Below, one piece after another: positions 1-10,740 of a stretch of 64,000 bases of DNA (its first letter is position 1; every line of letters begins with the position of its first letter). Origin of the DNA: Craspedostauros australis (Eukaryota); assembly GCA_030167865.1 (NCBI GenBank), contig JALAGF010005473.1, positions 1 to 64,000 of the forward strand, read 5' to 3'. The position numbers were made by a program, and so were the translations under genes. Under the pieces are notes generated by a model. The model saw nothing but the letters and a program-made list of their open reading frames with translations. It was not told the DNA's origin and did not search any database.

Positions 1-1278
1 GAGATGCAGGAGAGTCGGTGGTTCTCCCTTCGCACCATACAGATGCGGTCCCCACACGGTGCAATTGTCTGCCGCCACTGGCATCATCACCCACTCCATC
101 GGTCTTCCATAGTTGATCTTTTTGCCCTTATCAGAGAAGAATTTGTAGAAGAAACCGAATGCGTCCCCGTAGTATTCTTTCGTGGTGAGATGATTGCTGC
201 AGGTTCGAATAGCGACATTGATGCGAATAGCGAGACATGAGGAAAGGATTGTTGTGAGATGCAATGAAGAAAATCCGCCCATTGAAAGTCGCAACCATTG
301 TAGTCCCACCTTGGCAACTGAGTTGCATCCACGGTGCATCCAGTTATTCACGTCCACATCCACCGTGCACATGCATAAAAATGCAGATTCATACGACATG
401 ACTCACTTATCCGACCACCCCTGCGTTTTGGTGAAATGCAATCCGTTGGCGTTGTCCACAGGCGTCTCCATCGCGAAGCAATCTCCCTTGTCCACTCCGG
501 CCGGGAAGTTGGAACGTTTGTTGAAACGCACGATGCGCATGTCTTTGGGATACTGCTCCATGGCCTGAATCGTCCCTGTGTGGTTGATAGGTCGGGCGAA
601 CGCAAAATCATGCTGAATCACGTAGAGGTACTTGGTCTGTACCCGATCGAGCGCCTGCTTGATGTTGCCCGAGATGCCGACGTGTTCCGTCGCCTCGATG
701 AGCGTGACGTGATCGAGAATGCCGTACGTCCGATTAAGGTTGTCGATGTACTGTCGCAACCGATCGAGGTCTCCCGGCTGCTTTTCCTTGGACGGTTTGT
801 CAATGGCAATGAACAATGGCGAGTTTCTGGGCAGGCCTTGCAAGAGCTGAAGCGACGCGATGGTTTGGTTGATGATGCGCAACGATGGATGCGTGGGAAT
901 CAGCGAGGTGATGATGATGAGGGTGGTGTCGATTGGATTCTCGCTTTCTTCCGTGGTGGCTTCTTCCGTGGTGGCTTGTTCCTCCTCGACTTCTTCCACG
1001 TTGGCTTGTTCCTCCACGTTGGATTCTTCCTCCACGTTGGCTTCTTCCACGTTGGCCTCTTCCACTTGCACTTGCACGATCTCGTCGACTTGTTCCTTTG
1101 CTTCTGCCGCGATGGACTGAAAGCCACAGGACGAGTATGTCTCCATTGCTGTTTGTAATGTGACATTGAGCATGTTCTGTTGCGAGTGCGATGAGAGGAG
1201 GAAGCCTCCCATCACGGCCACAAAGAACCAAAAGCGGCCGGATCTCTGCAGGGCTGCTACTTTTGATGCTGGCGCCAT
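1..1278 (-). CDS. Type-II membrane glycosyltransferase-like protein (GT-A-like). Exon 1 is 1278-407, intron 406-197, and exon 2 runs from 196 off the window end
   Basis: ATG at 1278 (MAPASK) is followed by a TM segment (GRFWFFVAVMGGFLL), an acidic EEANV-repeat stem and a catalytic-like region (IITSLIPTHPS...YLYVIQHDF...IVRFNKR). Splicing AA|GTGAGT...CTGCAG|C gives GWSDNNHLTTKEYY, with the same intron position as the paralog at 59942-61187. Confidence 0.8.
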
Positions 1279-2027
1279 GATTGCTTGATTCAACGGTTGC
1301 TTCGGTCGTTGGTTAACTGGGGTGAACGCTCGATCGGTTGCTTCGATGGCCACTTCAATGAATATTTCGATGACTTGTCCAATGACTACTTCGATGATTG
1401 CTTGAGTGCCCGAGTGGCTCTCTTGTGTCTGTTGAGGAGGGTGGTCTGGTATAGGAGAGCGTGATGAAGGAGTTGTTCCTCTGTCTGCAACGTCCAAGAA
1501 TGGGAGAGTGCAGCTGGGTGCAGCTATGAGGTCTGTCTGTTGCGTTTTCTCGTTTTGCGTTCGCCAATGCGACCGTTGATAATCACTTTCACGTGTGACC
1601 TCTGTGGTCGTGACTGGTCCAATTTTCCCGCAACGCCTCATCCGATTCGCTGGCACACGCTCAAATACTGCCCTCTTGCCATCCTGTCACGACAATAGTA
1701 TGACCATGGAACGGCAGCGCGGTTTTCTTGCCACAACGCAACAATGCAATCACAAGGAGAAGCATAACCCCAACATACTGCAGATCTGTCATACAACAAC
1801 TACCCGCTGATGAATAAATTCAACCATGGAATGAAACGTTGCTGTTTCCAGAGGACATATAATAGTACGCAACTATCGTTGATGACTGAATAGGCAACCA
1901 ACGCGTTGAGATCTGAAGCGAGCATATCGCCCTTTTTACGTCGCTTTGATGTTTGTTCACGGAGAGCATCCTCGCCATCCCTTCCCACCAACACCATGCG
2001 CGCCAATGCATACCACACATGCATGCT

Positions 2028-3740
2028 TCACACCCATGTTGCATCCCTCATCTTGACCAATACTTCATCCCATGACGCTGTTCCTGCGAGCAAGGGGTCG
2101 ACATCAATGTTGCAGAACGATCTCTCTTGATATGCGGTCTTCTGGAATGCCGAACGATGCGCTGCCTCGCCCTCTGGCAATGCGTACCACTCCGGCATCC
2201 AGGTTTGCTCAACTGTGAGAGAAATGTTGAGAAAGTCCTTCAGCTCTTCATCCGTGGGACACGCCAACGGCAGATCCACCAGCGTCTTGTTCAGCACGTC
2301 GCGATGATACCGCATCAGCTCGTTCGTCATCGAAACTCTTGTTTGGTTGCGTTGCATATCCTCCGTGATCAACCCGCGGCCGGCCGCCGCAAAGACGATC
2401 TGATTGTAAAGGAACCATGCCATGCCGTTATTGTTGGCGACGAGTCCGCTCGTCTTCTGCTCCAAGTGCCGGCATGAATTGGGCGCATCCTGAATCACCT
2501 CGCACAGGAGCTGCTGTGTGATGTGCCGCCGTCTGTGGATATTGAGCAGACGGACGGTGAAGCCGTGCGGTTGCCACGCAAGGATGGATCCATCGATGAA
2601 GGTGTACTTGTTGGTCTTGGTTCTCGTATGTCCGAATTGTCGATAATGGCTTGCGCTGTCACCTGCCCAAAGACGGATCAACCCCCAGGTCGGAATCGTG
2701 GACGTCCCGCCTTGATTGGGCCACAAGGTGGCCTTGCCGTCCACACCCTTCGTCGCTTTCGCGTTGGCCTCCTTCGTGCTGCTGAGGAACCATTCGAAGA
2801 CGCGGCGGTACGTCGCCAGCGGGGTGACATCCCATCCTTCCAGCAGATCCCGAAGATGTTCAAAGAACTCCGGATTGTAGATGCCGGAGTCGCGGAACCG
2901 CTGGGAGAATGAGTACGCTTCGTCGCTCATGATCAAGGACATGCCATCCTCTCTCAGCTCATCCAGCAGTCTCCTCGTTTCCCACAGGCATTTGGGGGTC
3001 GGTGGGTGCGATTTCCGTGTCTTGCGTGTCGCGGGTGGCTTCTGCGCTTGCTGTTGCTGATGTTGCTTGTTCCTCTTCTTTTTGAGGAAGGTGCCGTAAG
3101 CATCGATCATGCACTTCTTGTCCCAGATTCGGTGCAGAGGCTCCATGCTGCGGCCCTTGTAGGACCAATCGAAACTGTGACGTCCGAAGTACAGATAGTT
3201 GTCGCTCATGAGAGTGCCATCCATCAGCTCCGCGAGATCCAGCTGCACAGTGGTGGTGGCCGTCTTCGATGGTCCGACGTGGATGATGAGGCGTGGTGTC
3301 TTCACCTGCTGCTGCTTTTGGTACGGCTGGTCATCTTGGTGGTTGTCTTGGTGGCTGTCATTTCTCATGATGCCTTTCTCATCATCCTTCACATGATCCT
3401 CCACATGATCCCAGGATTGTTCCCCAGACACACCGCCAATGCTCTTGCTTGTGACATCGTCATCACCAGAGGCACCAAAGTGAGATGGATGTGTCGGCGC
3501 AGATAAGTCCACCTCATGCAGGCCCTTCAAGGTGACAAACGTCGTCCATGTCAGCACGATGATGATGCTGGCAACAGTCGCAGCAGCTGCCGCAGCAACA
3601 GCAGTCACACGAAAGATCCTCAAGGGTGCTTTCTTGCGTGATGTTCCATCCTTTCTTGCATTTCTCCCTCCACCTTCACGACTTCTCCCCTTCCTCCCAT
3701 CACAAGCAGATCTGTTCCACAGCCTCTCATCACCAGCCAT
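2028..3740 (-). CDS. Type-II membrane sulfotransferase-like (P-loop/PAPS-binding-like) protein, 570 aa
   Basis: Basic N-tail and TM helix. IIHVGPSKTATTTVQ resembles the sulfotransferase 5'-PSB loop and ATYRRVFEWFLSS resembles the 3'-PB motif. Clear paralog at 61808-63496. Confidence 0.7.
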   Translation of the reverse strand: MAGDERLWNRSACDGRKGRSREGGGRNARKDGTSRKKAPLRIFRVTAVAAAAAATVASIIIVLTWTTFVTLKGLHEVDLSAPTHPSHFGASGDDDVTSKSIGGVSGEQSWDHVEDHVKDDEKGIMRNDSHQDNHQDDQPYQKQQQVKTPRLIIHVGPSKTATTTVQLDLAELMDGTLMSDNYLYFGRHSFDWSYKGRSMEPLHRIWDKKCMIDAYGTFLKKKRNKQHQQQQAQKPPATRKTRKSHPPTPKCLWETRRLLDELREDGMSLIMSDEAYSFSQRFRDSGIYNPEFFEHLRDLLEGWDVTPLATYRRVFEWFLSSTKEANAKATKGVDGKATLWPNQGGTSTIPTWGLIRLWAGDSASHYRQFGHTRTKTNKYTFIDGSILAWQPHGFTVRLLNIHRRRHITQQLLCEVIQDAPNSCRHLEQKTSGLVANNNGMAWFLYNQIVFAAAGRGLITEDMQRNQTRVSMTNELMRYHRDVLNKTLVDLPLACPTDEELKDFLNISLTVEQTWMPEWYALPEGEAAHRSAFQKTAYQERSFCNIDVDPLLAGTASWDEVLVKMRDATWV

Positions 3741-4017
3741 CGCTGTGGCGATGGTCGATGGCTGCCAATGGGCTCGGTCTTGGGGAACCCCTGCAGGTGC
3801 AGGAGTGTGTGGGGTGGATTGGCAGGATCGTTGTTGTCGTTGTGGATCTCACTGTTGTGTCTTTGCCGCCGGAATCATGTGCTGACATCGTGCCGAACTT
3901 GTCAACCTTTGTAAATTGTGATTTTGATATCAAATGAATGCGTATTGATGTTTCGTATTTTACATTTAGCTATACATGTCACAACCACACAAACACGGAT
4001 GACCTTCGCATCAACAA

Positions 4018-4869
4018 ATGAGAACAGGAATCCAAGAAACAGAAGATCGTGGAAGTGGGAGGCATCGCCAACAACAGTCAAGAGACGCGCTCACCACAAC
4101 ACAACAGGCTATGTGTACCATGGTTTCCGACCACCACGATACTCGTACGAGCACACTTCCCTCAACTCGTACAATCACAACTATTGGTACAAACACCTCC
4201 GAGATGATGAGCGCGGTCTTCGCTGCTTCAATTACGCCGCCTGAACAAGTCAGACACACACGTTGCGCGGAAAAGTGCGGATGATGGACGAGAGAGCTGA
4301 GGTCGGACCACGCGCCTTGTGGGCGACGTGCGCGATCTCTTGGCTTCGACTTCGGTTCCGCGTATCTTTCGACAGATGATGCCAATCCCCAAGTTGTCAA
4401 GCTGGAGCACTGAGCAAGACTCTCACTCTGCGGCGAATTCGTCCTGAGGTGCGGAAAGCAATGGCTTGGCAGCGAAGCATCACATGGCACCAATGCGCTG
4501 TGCACGAGACGCATTTCTTTGGATGCCGGGGCAGTCGCCAACCCAGCCAAGTGGTTGGGCCGCATCAAGCCTCGCGTACTCCGTCGGAGGCGAGCGATCG
4601 CATCAAGCATGACCAAAGCGCAATTGGCGAGGCGCATGGTTCAAGCTTCGTTGCTTGGCTCATCTGCTGCCCCAATGGCTGGCCCGAACAACAGAGCAAA
4701 CGCTCGCGTATCACAAGGCCCCAATGGTGAAGGCAACGAATATGAATGTGAACCCGGCGGAGGCCCCACCGCACTCATACTCCATGCTCCTTGCCCGCCT
4801 ACATTCACACTCTCACTCACATTCACAGCCATCTCGTCTCTCCATCACATAATAACGCCGCACAACTGA
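4018..4869 (+). pseudogene. Possible decayed coding frame of unknown product
   Basis: ORFs 4018-4284 and 4519-4869 share one frame, which is interrupted only by TGA at 4282 and 4411. No recognisable domain. Confidence 0.25.
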
Positions 4870-5293
4870 ACTTGACAATGATCGAGTGATTGTTGGATGC
4901 CGTGGTCGTTCCGCTTGCGGCACTCTCTTCAGCACGTGCAAACCAACTTTCATCTTTTCACTCAACACGGGCGTTGGTGTTGAATCGGTGCAAGACTCGA
5001 CATGTGCGATGCGGCATTGGATTGATCACTCGTCATCTCCTTGCACTATGACTGCACCGCGACTACTCGTATAGGTCCCACTATCAACGAGTCTAAAGGC
5101 TCTCTTGATAAAACAACATAGAGAATATCTAATTGATACCATATTGCTCAGACTTTGTCATCTGCGTTACTCCACTGCATGATGCGTTCACTCCTCAAGC
5201 GCCGTTGCTGGAGTGAACTGCTCCACTCCTCTTCCCCAGCAGTGCCGTCCACCTCAATCGCTTTGGATCAATTGGTTCTCATAGAGTTGGTTC

Positions 5294-6486
5294 TCAGAGA
5301 GCGACGAAGTCCACCAATGTCGCTCGATCCATGTATGAATCCACTTGTGCTGCACCCTCATCCTCATCTACAACCTTGTACAGCTCCATCATGGACATAC
5401 AACTGTACTCATCATCAATACCATCGCTCTCCGCTCCCCCACCGCGGAGGACATGAATGTCTCTCATCAGTTGGGGTTGCAGAATCAGCTTGCTGAAATC
5501 TGGATGGGTTAACATATCTTTCTCATTTTCAGCTGCCATTCTCATTGCTGCATCCTTCAACACCAAGCAGTTGTGATGATCAGCGAATATCAATGCATCT
5601 ATCACGGTGCTCTTGGTGAGATGCTTGCGGGCCAACTCCGCTTCAAGAACAAGTTTGAGTCGCCAGAAGCCGAACTCGTTGGCCACAAGGATCAGTTGTT
5701 GCAGATCGTCATGTTGTTGTTTCCCAGCAGTGGATTTGCCTGTTTTGGACAAGGACTCTGCCTGGCTCATTGGCGACAACTAGTAACCTAGGAATGCAAT
5801 GTAACTATGAAACTAAATTGTGAGTTGTTTTTGTATGGATGTTGCTTCATTGAGTTTCTTTGCGTTTGTTCTGCTCTCTGAAGTTTCTCCTTTTTTGGTT
5901 TGTATGGATCGTACATCCATGTTGGCGATGTTATTGATGAGGCAGGACAGTTTGAACCTATCATGCCTTTCCTCCAGGGTCCGGTTTGAAATGGAATGTT
6001 GTCCGGGGCGGTAGTGCTAGGCTTCAGTGCTTTCTGAGTCTATGATACTATCGCATCCCGCGTCCGAGGCTCGGATACCATATGATCCCACGCCTGTCAA
6101 TTGAGGGTGGGAGTTGGCTGATTTGTGTCATCATCGTCAGTGTCGCCATGAGTGTTGTTGTCAAAGGATATCTCACATGTGTAGATGCATTGGAGGACGT
6201 ATCGGACGTGTTGTGGTTGAAAGTTGGGAAGAGGGATGGTTGTTTGGATGGGTTCAGTTCTATCGTGAGCGCCATCGTGAGCGCCATCGTGAGCGCATTG
6301 ATGTTGGATTCCAGAGCTGCTCAATATCTCGATGGATGGGACAGTGACCACGAGGACTCCGGAGTTTGCCTTGATTGCGTGTTGGCTGTCCCCTTGTCCG
6401 TACAGGAAGGAAACGTCTGTGATGGCCTCAGCACGAAGAGCGGCACGACGATCTTGGTTGATGCTGATCTTGAGATGTTGTTTCAA
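5294..6486 (-). pseudogene. Disrupted BTB/POZ (+BACK-like) C-terminal half of ankyrin-BTB locus 1
   Basis: 6486-6097 encodes TDVSFLYG...IPLPNFQPQHVRYVLQCIYT. After a ~380-bp insertion, ~5712-5294 encodes LQQLILVANEFGFWRLKLVLEAEL...ALIFADHHNCLVLKDAAM. The halves are contiguous in the paralog at 17358-18221. There is a further frameshift near 5305. Confidence 0.8.
5713..6096. mobile_element. ~380-bp insertion of unknown type splitting the BTB domain
   Basis: Absent from the paralog, which reads PTLNGQHNLQQL contiguously. AT-richer than its flanks. The ends are only weakly inverted (CAGCAGTGGATT / CAGGCGTGGGATC) and no TSD is seen. Confidence 0.45.
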
Positions 6487-7746
6487 CTAAAGTTTCAGTT
6501 GTTCGTCCTCCCGTTGACTTGTCGAGAGCATGCGCTGCATTTCTTCCTTCTGCTGTTCCAACTGCTGCTTCAGTTGGTCGTTCTCCTGCTCCTTCTGATT
6601 CAACTGCTGCTGCTGCTGTGAGTTGCAGTGACTCAGATGATTGAGATGGCTTATCATCTTGAATTGAAGTGTTGCGTCGATCATATGGAGGGGCGTTTTG
6701 TTGTTGTTGTTTTGGATGTTGATGTTGGCATTGGCTGATGCAACGAGGTACTCGACACACTCCAGGTGGCCGTTGGAGCATGCCTTATGAAGGGGAGTGG
6801 AACCATGGGTACTTTGGCAGTTGATGTTGGCCGCACCTGATTCGATGAGGTACTTCACACACTCCAGGTGACCCTTGTCACATGCCTGATGAAGGGGAGT
6901 GGAACCACCGTTGTTTTGGCAGTTGATGATCGCCCCACATGAATTGATGAGGTACTTCACACACTCCAGGTGACCTTCGTAGCATGCATCATGGAGGGGA
7001 GTGAAACCATTGTTGTTTTGGCAGTTGGCGTCAACCTTGCATGACTCGATGAGGTACTTCACACACTCCAGGTGACCTTTGCAGCATGCCTCATGGAGGG
7101 GAGTGTCACCATTGTTGTTGCTCCAGTTGGTGTCCGCCCCGTATGATTCGATGAGGTACTTCACACACTCCAGGTGACCTTCGTAGCATGCCCAATGGAG
7201 GGGAGTGGAACCATTGTTGTTTTGGCAGTTGGCGTCAGCCTTGCATGATTCGATGAGGTACTTCACACACTCCAGGTGGCCTTCGCAGCATGCCCGATGA
7301 AGGGGAGTGGAACCTTTGTTGTTTTGGCAGTTGGCGTCGGCCTTGCATGATTCGATGAGGTACTTCACACACTCCAGGTGGCCTTCGCAGCATGCCCAAT
7401 GGAGGGGAGTGGAACCATTGATGTTTTTGCGGTTGGCGTCGGCCCCGCATGATTCGATGAGGTACTTCACGCACTCCAGGTGGCCTTCGCAGCATGCCCG
7501 ATGGAGGGGAGTGGAACCTTTGTTTTTGCGGTTGGCGTTGGCCTTGCATGATTCGATGAGGTACTTCACGCACTCCAGGTGGCCGTTGTAGCATGCCCGA
7601 TGAAGGAGAGTCCAACCATCGCTGTCTTTGCAGTTGACATCAAATACTTCATTCTGCGTAGTGTTCTGCTTCTTCCATTCCTTCAACACCCACAAGTGAC
7701 CTGCACAGGTAGCAGCAAAGAGTTGCTGGTTGGAAACATTCGGCAT
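6487..7746 (-). CDS. Ankyrin-repeat protein, locus 1 (N-cap, 9 repeats, Q-rich coiled coil). An in-frame TAG separates it from the BTB frame
   Basis: Repeats GxTPLHxACxxGHLECVKYLIESC with a 102-bp period (7629-6715). The ORF 6486-6097 continues in the same frame directly after the TAG at 6489-6487. Confidence 0.9.
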   Translation of the reverse strand: MPNVSNQQLFAATCAGHLWVLKEWKKQNTTQNEVFDVNCKDSDGWTLLHRACYNGHLECVKYLIESCKANANRKNKGSTPLHRACCEGHLECVKYLIESCGADANRKNINGSTPLHWACCEGHLECVKYLIESCKADANCQNNKGSTPLHRACCEGHLECVKYLIESCKADANCQNNNGSTPLHWACYEGHLECVKYLIESYGADTNWSNNNGDTPLHEACCKGHLECVKYLIESCKVDANCQNNNGFTPLHDACYEGHLECVKYLINSCGAIINCQNNGGSTPLHQACDKGHLECVKYLIESGAANINCQSTHGSTPLHKACSNGHLECVEYLVASANANINIQNNNNKTPLHMIDATLQFKMISHLNHLSHCNSQQQQQLNQKEQENDQLKQQLEQQKEEMQRMLSTSQREDEQLKL

Positions 7747-8190
7747 TTTGAGAGGATGGTGGATGGTTGCTGGACGATTGACGTTGGACGGTTGACGTTG
7801 GATTGGCTGTCAAGGAAGTGTGCAGTTGGAGCTATCTATGGCAGAGGTATCGATGGTGGTGTATGCAACGGCTTGAATTATTATGGGTGCCATTCACTGT
7901 GTGATGAGAATGCTTGGCAATTCGGCGCCTGCAGTTGATGTGCTCGAGCATGGTGTTGAGTGGTGTGTGTGGTTGGTTTGTTCGCATGGTCTTCCCTTTC
8001 TCTCTTTGTGCACCAGTATCTTTATGTTTGCCTCCTCTTGATCGCGCCCCTTTGGTTCGTGTGGCTTGTCTGTGTGTGCCTCCTTCCCTTGATCGCACCC
8101 CTCTGGTTCTGGTTCAAATCCTTCTGTTCCCATCCATCATGAAAACGAGAATGGACAACAAGAAAGGAAGAAGGAAGGAAACACGCTCCG
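7747..8190 (-). repeat. Upstream/5'UTR segment shared by the three ankyrin loci (copy 1)
   Basis: Homologous to 10357-10740 and 19307-19650 (for example ttttgagaggatggt, gatatcgatggtg, cactgtgtgatga, cttgatcgcaccc, gaaggaaac). Confidence 0.8.
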
Positions 8191-9417
8191 AACACGACAG
8201 TGTGGGATCATTCCAATGACCGGCATACGACCCCATCCAGGGTTCGCACGTAAGTTTGTGCCGATCTTTAACTCAAGCATTTAGATCATCCTATTATGGT
8301 GTAGAGAGTATCTGGGTGAAGTTACAAGCTCCTGGAACCTGTAGTTACAACGAATACAGTTTTCGCATTAGTCTACAACTAGAAACGTTGAGCATGCGGA
8401 CGTGGAGGGCCAACTTGGATTCGCAATCGCCAGTCGTGCTAAAGCTTGATTTCCAGTCGTGCCCATCATCGACAGACTCACATTTTGTGTGGGTGAGGCG
8501 GTTGGTTTCGAAGAAATGTTGAGGATTGCACAGTGGTGGTAGGCATGATGAGGCTGCTGCTTCGTCTGGACCGTGGATCAGTTGCTGAAATCAAGAGTTG
8601 TGGGTTGATGGGTAATCCAGATCTTGACCCCCAGCTTGACTTTGACACTGCCTTGTTCTCGGTTCTGCCGTCGTTCGTGGTCCGTGACGTTGAGAATCGT
8701 CCAAGTCCCAATCAGCACACACTGCCTTCCCTTCAAATGCCCAATCAATAGTACAGCCTTGTCCTCGCTTCAGGTCTATTCCCTGCCTGTTTGTTTGGAC
8801 CTCCTCTCTGCTTGTCATCGCCAACAGCCATTGTTGGCTTCTGGCTGTTGTTCATCTGCTCTCCTCTCAACTTCTTACTTCGGTGTCAATGAACCTGCAA
8901 GCACTCGAATCACAACACAAGAAACAACAAGGAAAACAACACTACCGCCACCAGTTTCTTTCCGCACCATGCCAACAGTTCAGCATATGACCATGGCGTC
9001 CCTTGTCCAAGGGGAGCAAAGCAGGCTACGCAGGACTTGTACTAACAAACTCGGCTTAGCATTAAATCATATTATATTTGTGTACCATAGGATAGGTCAC
9101 TGTGCTCCATTACATTACATTTTAGAATCTTAGATTGTGTGGTATTCGCAAGTATTTCTGTTGCTGTGCACGTGGACGTGAAGAGATGCCTCCACCAACG
9201 CTGTGCTGCTTGACACAACACACACACAAGGGAGAAAGCACACAACAGAGCCAAATCACCAACAACACGAGGCATCAACATGACACCGAACCTGCCACAA
9301 CTTCACCATCAACACCGTTGGATACCATTGCACTATCGACGCCTGAATAGGATCCTACGTTGCCAATTATGAGATGCACCATCGATCTACTCGAGGGGGT
9401 GTTTCGTTGTCGTTGTT

Positions 9418-10356
9418 TCAGATGTCGGTATCGGCCCCACATGATTCGATGAGGTACTTCGCACACTCCAGGTTGCCGTTGCAGCGTGCCCAATGAAGGG
9501 GAGTCCAACCATCGTTGGTTTTGCAGTCGATATTCGCCCCACATGATTCGATGAGGTACTTGATACACTCCAGCCGGCCCCAGCAGCATGCGTAATGAAG
9601 GGGAGTGAAACCATTGTTGTCTTTGCCATTGATATTCGCCCCACATGATTCGATGAGGTACTTCACACACTCCAGGTGGCCGTTCTTGCATGCCCGATGA
9701 AGGGGAGTGAAACCATCGTTGTCTTTGCTGTTGATATTCGCCCCACATGATTTGATGAGGTACTTCACACACTCCAGGTGGCCTTCGCAGCATGCCTGAT
9801 GAAGGAGGGTGAAACCCTTCCAGTTTTTGCTGTTGATGTTCGCTTCACATGATTCAATGAGGTATTTCACACACTCCAGGTGGCCGTTCTCGCATGCCAC
9901 CTGAAGGGGAGTGTAACCATAGTTGGTTCTGCAGTTGATGTTCGCTTCACATGATTCGATGAGGTACTTCACACACTTCAGCTTGCCGTTGGAGCATGCC
10001 CGATGAAGGAGAGTCCAACCATTGTCGGTTTTCAAGTTGATGTTTGCTTCACATGATTCAACAAGGTACTTCACACACTCCAGGCGGCCGCTGTAGCATG
10101 CCTGATGAAGGGGAGTGGAGCCATCCCTGTCTTTGCTGTTGATGTTTGCTTCACATGATTGGATGAGGTACTTCATACACTCCAGCTGGCCATACATGCA
10201 TGCCAGATGAAGGGGAGTCTGCCCACCAGTGTCTGTGACCTTGTTGACATCAACTCCATAATACTGTGTCTGGATCTGCTTCTTCCATTCCTTCAACACC
10301 GACAAGTCACCTGTTATGACAGCATAACGGAGTCGTTCGTACGTAACATTCGGCAT
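9418..10356 (-). CDS. Ankyrin-repeat protein, locus 2 (N-cap and 8 repeats); C-terminus truncated, no BTB recognisable
   Basis: Same MPNV...LKEWKKQ N-cap and 34-aa repeats. TGA falls where locus 1 has Gln; a degenerate NNDNETP remnant follows and homology then ends. Confidence 0.88.
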   Translation of the reverse strand: MPNVTYERLRYAVITGDLSVLKEWKKQIQTQYYGVDVNKVTDTGGQTPLHLACMYGQLECMKYLIQSCEANINSKDRDGSTPLHQACYSGRLECVKYLVESCEANINLKTDNGWTLLHRACSNGKLKCVKYLIESCEANINCRTNYGYTPLQVACENGHLECVKYLIESCEANINSKNWKGFTLLHQACCEGHLECVKYLIKSCGANINSKDNDGFTPLHRACKNGHLECVKYLIESCGANINGKDNNGFTPLHYACCWGRLECIKYLIESCGANIDCKTNDGWTPLHWARCNGNLECAKYLIESCGADTDI

Positions 10357-10740
10357 TTTGAGAGGATGGTCGATGGTTGATGTTGGACGATTAGCGTTGG
10401 ATTGGCTGTCACGGAAGTGTGCAGTCTGAGCTATTACACCTATGGCAGAGATATCGATGGTGTGTCTTCAATAGCTTGTATTAGTATGAGTACCATACAC
10501 TGTGTGATGAATATGAGTGGCAATTCGATGTCTGTTGTTGATGTGCTCGAGTATGGGGTTGAGTGGTGTGTGTTGTCTTGTTCGCACATGTCCTCTCTTT
10601 CTCTCTTTGCGCACAAGCATCATCGTGTTTGCCTCCTTCTCTTGATCGCACCCCTCTCTGGTTTGTGTGGTTTGGATCCTTCTGTCCTCATCCATCACGG
10701 AAATGCACACAGACAACAAGGAACGAAGGAAACGCGGCCC
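10357..10740 (-). repeat. Upstream/5'UTR segment shared by the three ankyrin loci (copy 2)
   Basis: Very similar to 19307-19650 and recognisably similar to 7747-8190. Confidence 0.8.

Noticed and set aside
403..1656. ORF-track starts at 1656, 59816, 44308, 45912 and 28361, and ends at 403, 60676, 42530 and 51671
   Set aside because: Paralog comparison, targeting peptides and splice sites support other starts and spliced ends. Pol is better explained by frameshifting.
4282..4413. In-frame TGA codons as possible selenocysteine or an alternative genetic code
   Set aside because: Intact genes here use TGA as a normal stop, there is no redox-motif context, and TAG/TAA stops and frameshifts co-occur in the same decayed zone.
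6715..7629. Regular repeats with variable intervals resembling a CRISPR array or DGR template/variable repeats
   Set aside because: The 102-bp units are in-frame ankyrin codons. There are no cas genes, variation is not adenine-specific, and the only RT in the window is a copia RT.
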